In this document: positions 39,111 through 51,083 of the stretch, piece after piece
How positions within the stretch are numbered: position 1 is the first letter of the stretch
Layout of the letters: each line of letters starts with the position of its first letter
From: Camelus ferus
Taxonomy: Eukaryota
Length of the DNA stretch: 64,000 bases
Direction of reading: 5' to 3'
Assembly (NCBI RefSeq): GCF_009834535.1
Contig: NC_045698.1
Span: 4,838,001-4,902,000, forward strand
Notes under the pieces: generated by a model
What the model was told of the DNA's origin: nothing
The model's input: only the letters and a program-made list of their open reading frames with translations
The model's database searches: none
Translations under genes and position numbers: made by a program

Positions 39111-40499
39111 TTAACCCATAATGACTGGTACGTTATTTCAAAAGATAGCAGTGGCAGTGAAATAATCACGCCCGCAGCAGTGTTTAATCCCTGTGAGTTA
39201 AGAATGGAGAGCATAGATTTATACTTGGGGTTTATTTTAAAGGTATCGTGCAGGGATCCAGAGTGTGGTCACAGGCCACCGGTAAGGATTTCTGTATCTG
39301 CCAGCCAAAAGCAGTGGCCTACAGTGTAGGAGAGCGATAAACTATATTACTTTATTCTTCCTTTGTTTTGTATAGAAAATCTGCTAGAAAATATAAAATA
39401 TTACAATTTATACACCACATGTTCACTATTTTGGTGCTTTAACACTAGTTAGAACATTTGCTTTGATTACATGCCAATATGGCTTTGGGAGGCAGGTTGG
39501 TTGAAAAACAAAAAAAAGCAACGATCAGTTCAGTCATCTGCAAGCGGTCCATGCTCAGAACTTCTCCCGAGTGATCCGAGCTTTTGTTTGTTAAGAAATT
39601 CAGTCTGAAGGAAATGTCATTTCTGCTTGCCTTGCTCAGACTTGGCCCAAAATCGATTTCTAGATGAACTTTATGAGATTCACAGAGAAATTTGCCAGGT
39701 GGAAACAAATTTCATTATTGATTATTTGTTAGGAATTACATCATTCAGAAGGGGAAAAAAAGGGAGAGATTTAATGAGACACATGTGCAGAACAACATTC
39801 AGTTAAATTGGTAAAATTAAGTTCTTTCCCCACCCTGGTCTCAGTGTCCATTACCAGTACACAGATGATGTTATTAGAATGACTTCTGTTGGATAAGAAA
39901 TGCTACAGAGAGATGCATACAAAAAACCCTTTTACTAAAAATTCCCACCATCAGAGAACGCTACAGCTAGGTTACCCAGCTCAGCTTTTTCATTTATTAA
40001 CGATGAAGAAACTGAATTCCAGAAAGCTGTATCCAGCCCAAAGCTGCTAAGGGAGGAGGAAGCCGGGTGGACCCCACAGCTGCCCTCCCGTTAGTATCTC
40101 CTTCTCTCCAGCCTCCCTCCAACGTTTCTGATTGCAAGTCAGTTTCTGGGTAACTGGCGGCCCCACTTGGCGGAGGTTTTAGGCATGAAATCCAATATAA
40201 TGATTGCGCTCTCAGGACTCACCCGGCTTCATGCTTGTTCTACTGAGACGACACCCAGGTGTCCCAGTGGTTAAGGCTGCTGGTCCCATTTATAGCAGCA
40301 CACGGGCCAGTTCTGATGTCTCAGGACACGTAACTCCTAGCTGCCCAGAGATTCTCAAGTGCGGGTTTATTATTGGCCTCTAGCAGGGCCCCTGGGCTTT
40401 GGTGAAGATTCATTTTGAGATAAGCTGGATGCAGATAGCTATACACGTTTAAATATTAAATGTCAACGTGTTTTGGGAAGACTCCCTTCCATGTTAAGT

Positions 40500-40800
40500 C
40501 GTACTATGAGGACAGACCGGCTGTGGAGTCTCCGGCAGTAATTAGCACAGACGCCGTGACAGTGAAGTAATGGGTGGTTTTCACAGGAGATCGTTTCCTG
40601 CGACGTAAGTATTTCTAATCAGGCAAACCTTGTGCCCCTCGGGTAGCCTCCACTGGCATGCGTGCGGGAAGCAGGCGGGCCGGGTCCCATGTGCTTTGGA
40701 GGTGAGACTCCTGCAGGCGCCCCCTTGTTGACGGGGCCCCGCTCCTTAGCGCCAAGTTCCTTCGCCCCCTTGGTCTTGGACCCGGGCTTGGCTGTCTTCT
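40500..40800. promoter_or_regulatory. CpG-enriched patch with two CTCF-like cores
   Basis: About 19 CpG in 290 bp (hand count). Minus-strand CAACAAGGGGGCGC (40717-40730) and GACCAAGGGGGCG (40763-40775). Confidence 0.4.
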
Positions 40801-43800
40801 TCAGTGTCTTAGAGTTTTGGGGTTTTTCCCCCCCAGTTTCATTTCCTTTCGGATGAGCTTACAGCCACTCAGCAAGTCTAACAAGTATCTGTTGGTAGTA
40901 TTTTCAGAATTTCTGGGTGAGGACTTGCTGCCAAAGTGTGTTGTGCCCTGATCTGTTTTGTGACACTCTGCTTCGAGGGTTGGGTGGCAATGAAGGTGAC
41001 AGCCCTTGTTTGCAGGGATCCTGCACTGTTGTAGAAAATAAAGGAATTTTTTTTTTTTTTTTTTTTTTTTTTGGTATAACCAGTCTGGTAGGAGCCAAGG
41101 GGATTTAAATAGAGGGGCAGAACAGGAGGAGCCAGAGAAGTGAAAATTCCCTGGAGACACTCCTGACTTTTACAGCCACTGGTCCCGGAGATGGAAGGTG
41201 AATGAGATGTCGCCACCCTGCAGGCGTGTCTAGATGGGGCGCTGACCAGGGTGACCTGAGATCTCGAAGGCAGCCGGCGTAATTCGGCAGACCCCTCCAG
41301 ACAGCAGCGCTTTTGCCCCTAAGGCCCTCCCCCTCCCATGGCTACACTCTCCCAGGTCATCATTTAATGTGTTTACCTCCTTTGAGGGAGCAATGTCCTT
41401 CCTCCGAGCAGTTTTTCCTGACTGACTTCATCCTACTCTGGTCACTTCTTTCCTTTTAGTTTTTCTCTCATTCTTCTGTGTAAATTCCTCTTGCTCTACT
41501 TTGTGTATGTTTTCCAGTGGTTTCTTGAAGATTAAGCATATCCTTCCTCTCTGACTAACAGCTCCATTGGAGCGAAAATTACATTGTGTATGTTCTGATT
41601 TTTGCTAACAAATTTGCTAGCTCTGCCTGGTGCCCTCAGGATGCACATTCAATGGTGTTGACTCTCCCCTTCCAGTGGCTCAGTGGGGAGAGAGGGTCTG
41701 CTTGCGTCAGCACCACAGTGTTGGCAACATAGGTAAGTGATCAATAGCTTTTGTTGGAAGGAGTGACTGATTGAATGGGTGAGTGAATGAATGAAAAATG
41801 TAGAAATTAACTGAAAACCAGAATCACCCAAGGGCACCGCCATGCCACATAAATCTCTCCTGACCGTTTCACACCTTCCATCTTAACTATCATTGAAAGC
41901 CCAGTTCAGCTGGCTGGCTCCTAACTCTTTAAAATTAAAATGGATTCGTGTGGTTGATCCAGAAGAGACTAGAAAAAAAAAGAAAAAAAATCTTGTCATG
42001 TTTGAGAACGAACACTGTAGCTTGGTTTTAATTTTCTTTTTCTGTGATAAATCAATGTATGCTCCTTGTAGACAGGATTAAAATAGCACAGAAATTGACT
42101 ATAATTTGATGATCCAGACATAACAATGATTAATGTTTCACATTCCTGGTGAGTTTTCTTTCAATCCTTTTTCTGTGTTTACATCCATTGGCACTACTGA
42201 TGTCATCTGCAGAGGCATCCTTGGGATCTTTTCCCACTCACCATGTGTTCTTCCAAACTGCTTGTAGCTGTGCTAAAATTTTAGATTAATGCTGACATGT
42301 CAATGCATCCATTGTTTAAATCTTGTTTAGAGTCTCAAAGGACTCTGAAAGGCATGAGTGTGCCCTAAAGACTTCCATCTTCCCTAAAGGGCACTCCCCC
42401 AAATCCTACAGCCATGGCATCTTGTGTGGACCAGCTGGGCCAGCCTCACAGAGCAAGCAGGTCCCACCTCCTGAGCTGCATACAATGTGCTTAGCCAGCA
42501 AAAAATTAAATTTCTCATTTGTTGTATTTCTGGTTACAGAAATACATAGTGCTCTCCTTTTTCTTCTGCACAGTCTACACCCTGAAGAACAGACTCCTGC
42601 AATATATATCCGCTTTCTGGCATGTTCCTGAGGTGGCCACTAGCTGTTTAGCTGGAGAGATTGCAAATCCATGGGGGTTTTATGGGGAAAACTTTGACAG
42701 GTCCATGCCCTTACAAGTAATGAGGAAAACCATAGTCTTTCATCCTCTTCGTTTTGTTTTGGGAAGTGTCTTTTATTTGTGCCCACAATTAGATAGTGTT
42801 GTTTTATACACTGTGTCCTATTTTTATAACAACACTTGACTGCATTCCAGAAACCCCCATTACAATATTATGTTGGCAATCCCTTTGTGTATATTTTCTA
42901 CATATTTGGGAAAATGGTCCTGGCCAAGTGATTTCATTTATAGAAAAGGATCCTCTTTAAAGCATGATGTAATCTCTTGTATAAATTCTGCTGACAAATG
43001 TGGTTTAGTTTTTTCTCTTCTCCTTGGCATTCCTTTCTTTTTTAAAAAAAGACACTGTACTCCAATGTTGCTTTCTCCTTTAGCTTTCATTCTGGAAAAC
43101 AATATATCCATTTTTGATGGCCAAAGGCAATTGCAGTAAGAGAAAATGCTAGAAAGGGGATAGAGTAGGGGAAAAGGAGAAGGAAAAGCTTATGGCTCTT
43201 CAGGAGTGAATATGAAGAACTTTAAGCAATAAATAACTTACAAGCCAAACACAAAAAGTCAGTGGCAGAAGGTAAGTCCTGACCTGTGGGTTATTTAACT
43301 CAGAGAATGAGGTCCTACTTCAGCCATCAATAGAGTGTGGTCTTTGCCCAGCTGAGCAACAGGTCAACTCAGAGCAGAGAATTAAAATCATTTCCTCATG
43401 CTGTTTTAGGTTTGCCAACACAGACAGCAAACACTCCTTTACGAGACTGCAAAGAATAGGTCATTAACAGAAGCACCAGTGAGGAGTGTTCACTGATATG
43501 GCCATGGAGCACCCACGGGTTTTGTTGAAGTTGTCTGCTATTCTGAAGAATCTTGGATCAATTCCATTACCTATCAGGGGAGTGGAAATCAACAATCCCT
43601 TGGTGACAGCATGTCTGTTTAATTTCACTAATGTTGCTAATATTTACCTCTTGGAGAACTAACAGAAAACTGGTTCCCTTTCCTGGTGACTCATCCTGGG
43701 AATTCAGGGCAATCTCAGCAAAGAACCACTTTTAGATATTTTCTCATGGACTTGTCACTCTGGAAAGAGTTATTTTGTGATTGGCATTATTTGATTTTTC

Positions 43801-45613
43801 CCCATTGTTTTGAAAGCTTTTAAAAGAGTAAAAAAAAGAGAGGCCAGTCTGACCAGCCCCATAGATCCCTTCATCATTTTCATTTTAGTTAAGCTATAGG
43901 TCACCTCATACATGTAAAGTGTTGGGATGTGGGGGCAGGGTCCAAAATCCATCATAAACTATTCTGAGAACCTCAAAGTTGGCTGTGTTTGCATTGCTTG
44001 TAATGAAACCACTTTCCTTATGTCATCAGTGTCCCTGAAACTAGACTTTCCCCCTCCAGAAACAAAGGCGAATAGGTAGCCCTGCATGTGAGAGCCATGA
44101 GGATGCCTGGGGAGCGGGCGGGTCTCAGGGAAGCATTTACATCCTTCCATCCTGGAATTCTTTCTAAGTACATTGAGCATCCCGTCCTGCGCCCTCACAA
44201 GGGACTTAGTGGTGCGCCGGGCGCCCTGCCTTCCCAGGAGCAGCTTTTCTATCCGGGAAGGTGAAGGAAACAAGTAGATATCCCCAGCAGCGAGCAAGTG
44301 GGCTGAGAAAATCTAGGGCTGTAACTGGAAAGTGGGAGTGGGTGAGGGCTATTTTATTTAGGGAGACAAGGAAGGGTCTGTCCAAGTAGATGACAAAAGC
44401 AATAGGTCCGGAATTCCTGAGGAGGAGCCGTGTAAAGGTCTAGGGGGTTCACCCGAGCAAGAGGGCAGAGCAAGTGCAGAGATCCTGCAGCTGGAGAAAC
44501 ACAGGAAAGGACAGGGCTGTGCCCGTGGCGGCTGGGACAGGGCTCAACACCAAGTCCTCAGAAGTCCTGCTTGTTCCGTGAAACAAAGTGAAGGGAAGCG
44601 TTCCTTTCTAAGCATCTGCAAACCTTCAGACTGAAACAGCAAGCATGGAGCTGCTGACTGAAGGACAACTGGCCAGGTGTGCATTTACGAGAGAGATCCC
44701 ACAAAGATGATCTGCAACATTTCAAACAGTGTTGTAACCGTAGCCATCTCGAAGGTATGGTCTCAGGCCACTGCTTCTCTCTGCTGAGCTGGTAAGAGGG
44801 TTTTGTTGTTTGAATTTCACGTGACCCATTTACTGACACGTGCAGCCATGTCTCAGTACCTAGCACTGTTTTCCATAAAAATGGACATGTGACCTAAAAA
44901 CATCTGGTGAGGGGAGTTGGTGGACCAGAGTGAACACAGTGAGAGGGACGTGACTGCTCCCCTAGATGAGAGCCACGGCTGTTTCATAATTGTGTGGGTA
45001 GCACGCTGTACGTCTTAGGTCTTCCGAGCTGGCTAGAATGGGGGCACTGGCTTCATTCTGTATCTTACAACTGCTGGGCTGGGGCAGAAAACACCAGTTT
45101 CCCCCCAACCACCCTCCACTCCCCGCAGCCTCCAGCCCCTGCCCCTCCCGCTCGAGCCAGGTAGGACTGAAGACTGAGCGCTGCTGTCATGTCACTGGCA
45201 AAGCCTTGGGCGTGTGGCTCAGGGAAGGCAGACTTTGCAACACTGCCCTGCCCTCTATGGAAAACCCAATGCTTTATTATAATTATTTATCTTAGGACCA
45301 AGCAGCCTGCTGTTCCCTAGGGACTAGAATTGCACTTGAGAGGAGCACGTGCGCAGCCCCCTTAAGTGCCTGCCTAGCCTGCCCCACACCCCTGTGGCCA
45401 TGGGGTGTGTCTGGGCAGGCGAGGGGGTTGCCAAGGGCAGCGAGGACTAACTTCAAAGCCCTGAGGAAATAATCGCCCTCCATCCGTTGCTAGGCTAGCA
45501 GTGTCTTCACCATCCACGGAGCGGGGGTTACCTCTTCCAGGCCCCCGGGCAGCTCCGAATGTGGTCACTCATGTTCTTCCAATATCTTCTCAGATTTTAC
45601 TCCGTTTTTTTGC

Positions 45614-46197
45614 TATTGGAGCAGGCAGATAGCTAGATAGAAGCAGAGAGAGGGGGGCACGGGCCAAAGGGCAGGAAACCCTACATCTTGTGAACAAGGG
45701 GCACAAGAGAAAAGCAGGAACTTCTGGGCTGATAGGTAATCATCCCCTACCATTTTGGGGTGACAAGTGTCCTGGAGGCAGACAAAGAAAGGTGGGGAAA
45801 GGGAAGAATAGCCTGAATCCAAATGTATCCTGTTGCTTATTATGCCCTCATTTCAATAAAATTAGCCTTGCAGATTAGGAGTACCCATCATGCACCGATG
45901 CCAGGACACTTCCAATCAAGACTAAATAAGGACAAAAGTCCCTCCTCCACCAGAAAGGTGGATCTGGGATGAAAACCAGGGAATTGGACCCCAAGCCCCT
46001 CCCTCCCCAATGAATATTCCACCCATTCATTTTTACACCCTATGTAACCAGCTTGCCAAAGAGATTCAGGGCAGTTACTCACGGGGCCTGCCCGCCCCGC
46101 CTTGAGAGCGTCCTGTCACTCAATAAACCCTTTCCTTTCCTGAACTCCATCTCTGAATTCTTCCTGAAAGGAGACAAGAGCCTACTTTCTGGTAACA
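45614..46197 (+). mobile_element. Solo ERV LTR (584 bp)
   Basis: Starts tattggagcaggc (TG decayed to TA) and ends ggtaaca. PolyA signal caataaac at ~46121. 4-bp TSD ttgc (45610-45613) / ttac (46198-46201). Confidence 0.8.
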
Positions 46198-48308
46198 TTA
46201 CTGTGATTGAATTTTTAAAGTTCTTTGTCCTTGCAGGCCACAGGCGCTGCACTGCAAAATAGCCATTTGTTCCTAGTCATTGATTCAACAAGGAATCATT
46301 TGGGTGCTGAGCACTGTGCTGGGGGTGAGGCGGGAATGAGGCCCCCACCTGCAGGAGAGAAAGAGGGCAGCGCAGACCCCACTGACAAAACCGCAGGGCG
46401 GGAACTGCTTTTGTAACAAAATGCCCAGAGGAGAAGGGAAGCCTGCTGAATTCTGACCCTTAAATTCACAAAGGAAGATGTGACGTTCCCTTATTTCTAT
46501 GTCATGATTACTGTCGGGCCAGAGGGCTGTGAATTGATAGACGAGAATAAACAATTCAGTTTAATACTCTAATGACATTAAGCATTATTGACATACAAGC
46601 CCCCGCCCACTGCTCTAACGTTTTTGATTTGATACAAAAAAAAAAAACCTTTGTTTTTCTTTCATGCTATTGCAAGCTCAAAGCCTGAGAAAAATGGGAA
46701 ATTTCGGGGGTGGGGCACAGAGATCTCTGCCTTCATACTTAAGACGGTTCTGGTTCACCCAGCTCCACACCTAGATGCATTTTCATCTGCAAACCGTCAG
46801 CTTTCTGCGGCCCAAGGATACCTGCTTGGGGTTCATGTTTAAGTTTAGAGGTAATTAATGGATAGATAAAATAAGTTTAAACAGACTTATAAAATTTTCC
46901 ATTATAGTAAATTCTTGTGTGACACACTCAGATTCTTAACCCAATTTTCCATTTCACTCTGAAGATTTTCCTAATGAGAATAGTTTGGTAATAGGCCCAT
47001 TGGTAATGGGCGTAAGATGTCTGGTAATTTTATTATGGGTTTTTACCTTTAGCTTAGAAAACAAAACTCTTTTGTACTCTTAGTTTTGAGATCTGGTGAT
47101 GCCCTAACCAGAGTTCTGACTTCCTTTGATGCCCACAGTCCCCCTGGGGTGTTGGAACCCTTTCCTGAGCTGCTCTGGTGCTGAGGAGTGGAAGGGCCTG
47201 TCAAGTCTTTGGAGGGAGAGTCTTTCTGGAGCAGGGGCTTGTAATTACTGTCACGGTGCAAACAGTAATTGGAAACTCTCTTTTCCTCCCCAACACAGCA
47301 GCCCTGAAACAACGGTGCCACCTTTGCCCACATGCTCAGCTGCACTGTGCCTTGTCCCCGGGGGTCAGCTAGTGGCAATCAACTTCCAGATTATGCCCGG
47401 TTCCCACCGTCTCAAATCACAGAAGCACTGTCTCTCCAGCAAGTGCTGGACACAGCTGGTCCTTACTTCCCTGAAGATGTCTTATAACCGAACGGAAATG
47501 AAGCACGAGGAATACAGCCAGGGTTTCAAATTCTGTTAGTCCCCACATTTGAAATTATCTTAGGGTGATGTGACTTTGAGGTTCTTTAACAAACACAGTC
47601 ACCTGCCCCTCAAACCAATACCCAACATTCATGTTATTGATTTACGGCTGCTTCTTTTGGTTTTACTTGTTTTTCTAGTGTTTTCTGTCTGTTTTCAGCT
47701 CTCTCTCTCTCTGTCTATTTGTATTTCTATGTCTATATCTCTCACTGCTTGAAGTTTGCAAGTTCCGTTTCCCACGAACGTGGACGGGGCTGAGATAGCG
47801 CACGGCTCTGTCGTGTTGCCTTATTAACATCCCCCTGGCAGGGCCTGATAGCGCTGGGATTGGCATCACTTACCGTTCAGGTTCCAGTGGTTGGCACAGA
47901 TTGTCCCGGGCTACGTTCACCAGGTCCTCCTTCATTTCCACTTCAAAGCCTTTTACCCACGTGGACAAAGGCCGTCTTCTAGGAGAAACACACAAGGAGG
48001 TGGAGCCCAGATGAGAGTCACTGTAGCCACCTGGGCTGTGGCAGAGACTTAAACCCCTGTCCTAGAACAGCTCAGGCAAGGAGACAATCATATTTTTCAA
48101 TCAGGAGGAAAAAAAGACTTTTCCTCAACCACACAGCCTTTAAATAGACATGGTTCAACCAGATCTGAATGTCAGACGCATTATTTAGATTGGCCTTTGC
48201 TTTTGTGAGAAATGTTAGCCACAGTAAGGGTGGGAACATTGCTCCATCAGATAAGATCAAAGCTAAGCAAACCCTCACTTCATTCATTCACTCTGTTTTT
48301 GAGTCACT

Positions 48309-48724
48309 TTTTTTTATGGTGAAAATTTTTATATTTAGAATTGGCCAGCTGGACTGAGTTTAGATGACTCCAATTTTGTTGGCAACATCCAAAGCATCAC
48401 AGTCAGAAGCCAGTCGTACACGTGCCTTCTTCTCTCCATCAGGCCCGAGCAGGGTATTGACCTCAGCCACGTCAGTGTCATAGAGCTTCTCCACAGCCTG
48501 TTTGATCTGGTGCTTGTTGGCCTTGACACCCACAGTGAACACAAGTGTGTTGTTGTCTTCTACCTTCTTCATAGCTGACTTGGTGGTCAGGGGAACTTGA
48601 TGATGGCATAGTGGTCAAGCCTTGGGGTGAGGCAAAATGGAGTCATCTGGCGTGGGCCCACTAAAAAGATGGTCCTTCTTTTGGAGTCCAAGGCCAGAAG
48701 AGCCCAGGTGCATCAGACAATGAA
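48309..48724 (-). pseudogene. RPL23A: RPL23A (60S ribosomal protein L23a) retropseudogene, 5'-truncated, apparently semi-processed
   Basis: Minus strand encodes [10 protein letters not shown], a 1-bp deletion, then [76 protein letters not shown] (stop 48360-48362). Short 3'UTR and A-tail at 48309-48315. TSD tgtttttgagtcact (48294-48308) / tattgttgagtcact (48725-48739). Inserted in an L2 3' end. Confidence 0.95.
48707..48724 (-). ncRNA. SNORD4A: Remnant 3' end of C/D-box snoRNA SNORD4A (non-functional fragment in retained intron)
   Basis: Minus strand ttcattgtCTGAtgcacc versus recalled SNORD4A 3' end ctcgttgtCTGAtgcacc. It lies ~86 nt upstream of the AG|GCTTGACCAC junction. Box C is absent because of the 5' truncation. 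Confidence 0.65.
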
Positions 48725-48739
48725 TATTGTTGAGTCACT

Positions 48740-49330
48740 GAGCGTGTCCGATGTACTTACTCCATTCCAGGCATTGCTCTTTGGTTCTAGGTTCCAGGAA
48801 TGAGGCAATGAATGTACAGACTTGGCCTTCACAGATATCGTGCAAAGAAGAGAAAAGTGGGGAATAATTACAGAATCCGAAAGGAAAGAGAAAAATGGGT
48901 TGCATGGAAATGCAGCATGACGTGGGGGTACTTTTTATTGCAAGGTCAGGACAGTCGTCTCTGAAGGCGGACGTCACAGCTGAGACCCAAGTGGTGAGAA
49001 GGAACCAGTCGTGTGAATAGAAATCGAGAAGAAGAGCATTTTGGGTGGAGCCAGCAGCCTGAAGAGACGAGACCTGCTGAGAAGAACAAACTGGTTCCTT
49101 ACTGAAGTAGCGCCTGGGGAAGGTGGGTGAGAAGGGAAGTCACTGGTGCAGGGTGGTGAGGCCAGGGTGGTGGGAGAAGAGTAGAGTGCTCTGGTCTTAG
49201 GAATGCACAGAAATAAGCAGATTGTTAGAGCATCTGTAAGATGGCAGATATGCATAGGATTCCACCAGAAAGTAAAAATCACTGAAGGAAAGTATTCATA
49301 ACCAAGGGTGGTGACATTGTTGAATTTCAA
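48740..49330 (-). mobile_element. L2 remnant (3' tip continues at ~48275-48308, across the retrocopy)
   Basis: cattcattcactc...[insert]...tacttactccattccaggcattgctc...aggtcaggacagtcgtctctgaagg...gaagagcattttgggtggagccagc. Confidence 0.7.
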
Positions 49331-49854
49331 CTATCCAACTTAGATGGTAAAAGTAAAATGAGTTACGGAAGAATTAGACCAAGGAGTAATTTTAATCCAA
49401 AAGACATTGAACCTCATCAAATTCCTCTGCAAGAACCATAATTGTCATGAGGATTATAAAATGGGGCAGAGTGTCCATCGGTGGTACAGAGGCATAGCCC
49501 AGGATGTGTGATGTCCCACGTCCCACGTCCTGGCCTCAAAGTACCCTTGGCTGTCAGCACCCTTGGCTTTTAAGAAGGGACCACCCTCTTTTACCTAGCA
49601 ACGGTAAAACTGTTTCTGTCGTAGGTAAGTGTCTTTCTCATCTCAGAAGTGTTCCCAGTGAAATGCGAAGATGATGAAATAAAGTCTGCATCGATACTGG
49701 GTGTTAAGTTTAGAAATAATGTATAGATACCAGCTATTTAAAATATAGGGAATGTTCAGGAGAGTCTGGCATTTTAGGAAACCAGACAGATTGGTTTTAC
49801 GGTAACGATGTGCAGGACTCCACAGCACTTAGTGGGTGTCGGTGGTCACTCCCA

Positions 49855-50040
49855 GACCCTCGTGTGCATTGTTACCTTATTTAGCTCCTGAGACGATCCA
49901 GTGAGGCAGGTACTATTATTATCCCCACTTTGCAGATGAAGACACTTGAGTCATGGAGAAGAGAAGGAACCACCCAAGTCACATAATTAGTAAAAGCTGG
50001 GATATGACGTGAGGAATTCCGATGCTCAACTGTGCGCCTC
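49855..50040 (-). mobile_element. MIR SINE
   Basis: ttatttagctcctgagacgatccagtgaggcaggtactattattatccccactttgcagatgaagacacttgag. Confidence 0.8.
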
Positions 50041-50094
50041 ACCGTTGCTCAGAGCTCGGAGAAAGCTGCTTCTCTGGATGGTGATCACCATAGA

Positions 50095-50720
50095 ATGTGC
50101 ATTTCATATGTGACGTTCTGAAAGCAACAAAGCTGTAAAGGCAGAGATCCGACAGGAAGGAGAATCGTTCAAGGAAGATCAGCGGTTGCCAAAGGCTGAG
50201 GAGAGAGTTAATGCAAAGGAGCAGCATGAAGGAAATTTGGGGGATGGAAATTCTCTGACTTCGATTATGATGATATCTACACAGTTTTATGCATTTGACA
50301 AATATTGTGAGACTAGTGTACCGAAAAAGTGAGGATCACTAAACTCATTTAAGAAATAAAAAATTTTAAAAACCCTCCAAATTAGCATGTGTATATCTGT
50401 CTTATTTCTTTCAAATGGTATATTTAATATATATGCATTCTAGTGTCCAAATTAAAAGGAAAAAGAACCATAAAATGTATTGAACTTTAAAGATATACAT
50501 GCTGAAGTGGTTAGTGGTAAAATTTACTAGTCTGTAACTTTGAAATACACCAAAAGATTAAAAAGAGAGAGAGGAACTTATGGACAGACAAAAGGATAGA
50601 TGGATGGCCAGAAATATGACAAAACAAATATAACAAAATGTTAAATGTAGAATCAGGGTGATGAGTACAATTCTTTAACTTCCCTGTATGTTTGAAATTT
50701 CTTAGAATAAAATCTTGGGA
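50095..50720 (+). mobile_element. Old L1 (L1MC/ME-like) 3' fragments
   Basis: catttcatatgtgacgttctgaaagc...agatcagcggttgccaaaggc...; gtctgtaactttgaaatacaccaaaa...aaaatgttaaatgtagaatc...ctgtatgtttgaaatttcttagaataaaa. Confidence 0.6.
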
Positions 50721-50861
50721 CAAGATTAGTGTGTGTCAAAATGTGAGACTTGTCATTGTAAGTCAAATTGTGTTAAGAGGATTTGATTTAGTTTGTAACA
50801 AGTATAAGAATATTTAGGACCATTCACGATAGACTCTATATATCATTTTAATATCTTAGAT

Positions 50862-51083
50862 CAAGTGTTGGCAATTTTTTTTCTGCAAAGGGCCAGATAG
50901 TAAATATTTGACACTTTTCAGGTAGTATGGTTTCTTTTTCAACTACTCAACTCTACCATTGGACCTAAAAAGCTGCTGTTGATAATATATAAACAAATGG
51001 GCGTGCTAGTGTTCCAACACAATTTTATTTACAAAACTGCAGCAAGACGGGTGTGGCCCACGGGTCAGAATTTGCTGTGCCCG
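50862..51083 (+). mobile_element. MER58A-like hAT DNA transposon
   Basis: caagtgttggcaatttttttctgcaaagggccagatagtaaatattt...aactactcaactctacc...gttccaacacaattttatttacaaaa...tggcccacggg. Confidence 0.85.

Noticed and set aside
48360..48572. 70-aa ORF as a functional RPL23A gene
   Set aside because: The N-terminal half is missing, there is a 1-bp frameshift just upstream, and it has many substitutions, a polyA and a TSD. It is a retropseudogene.
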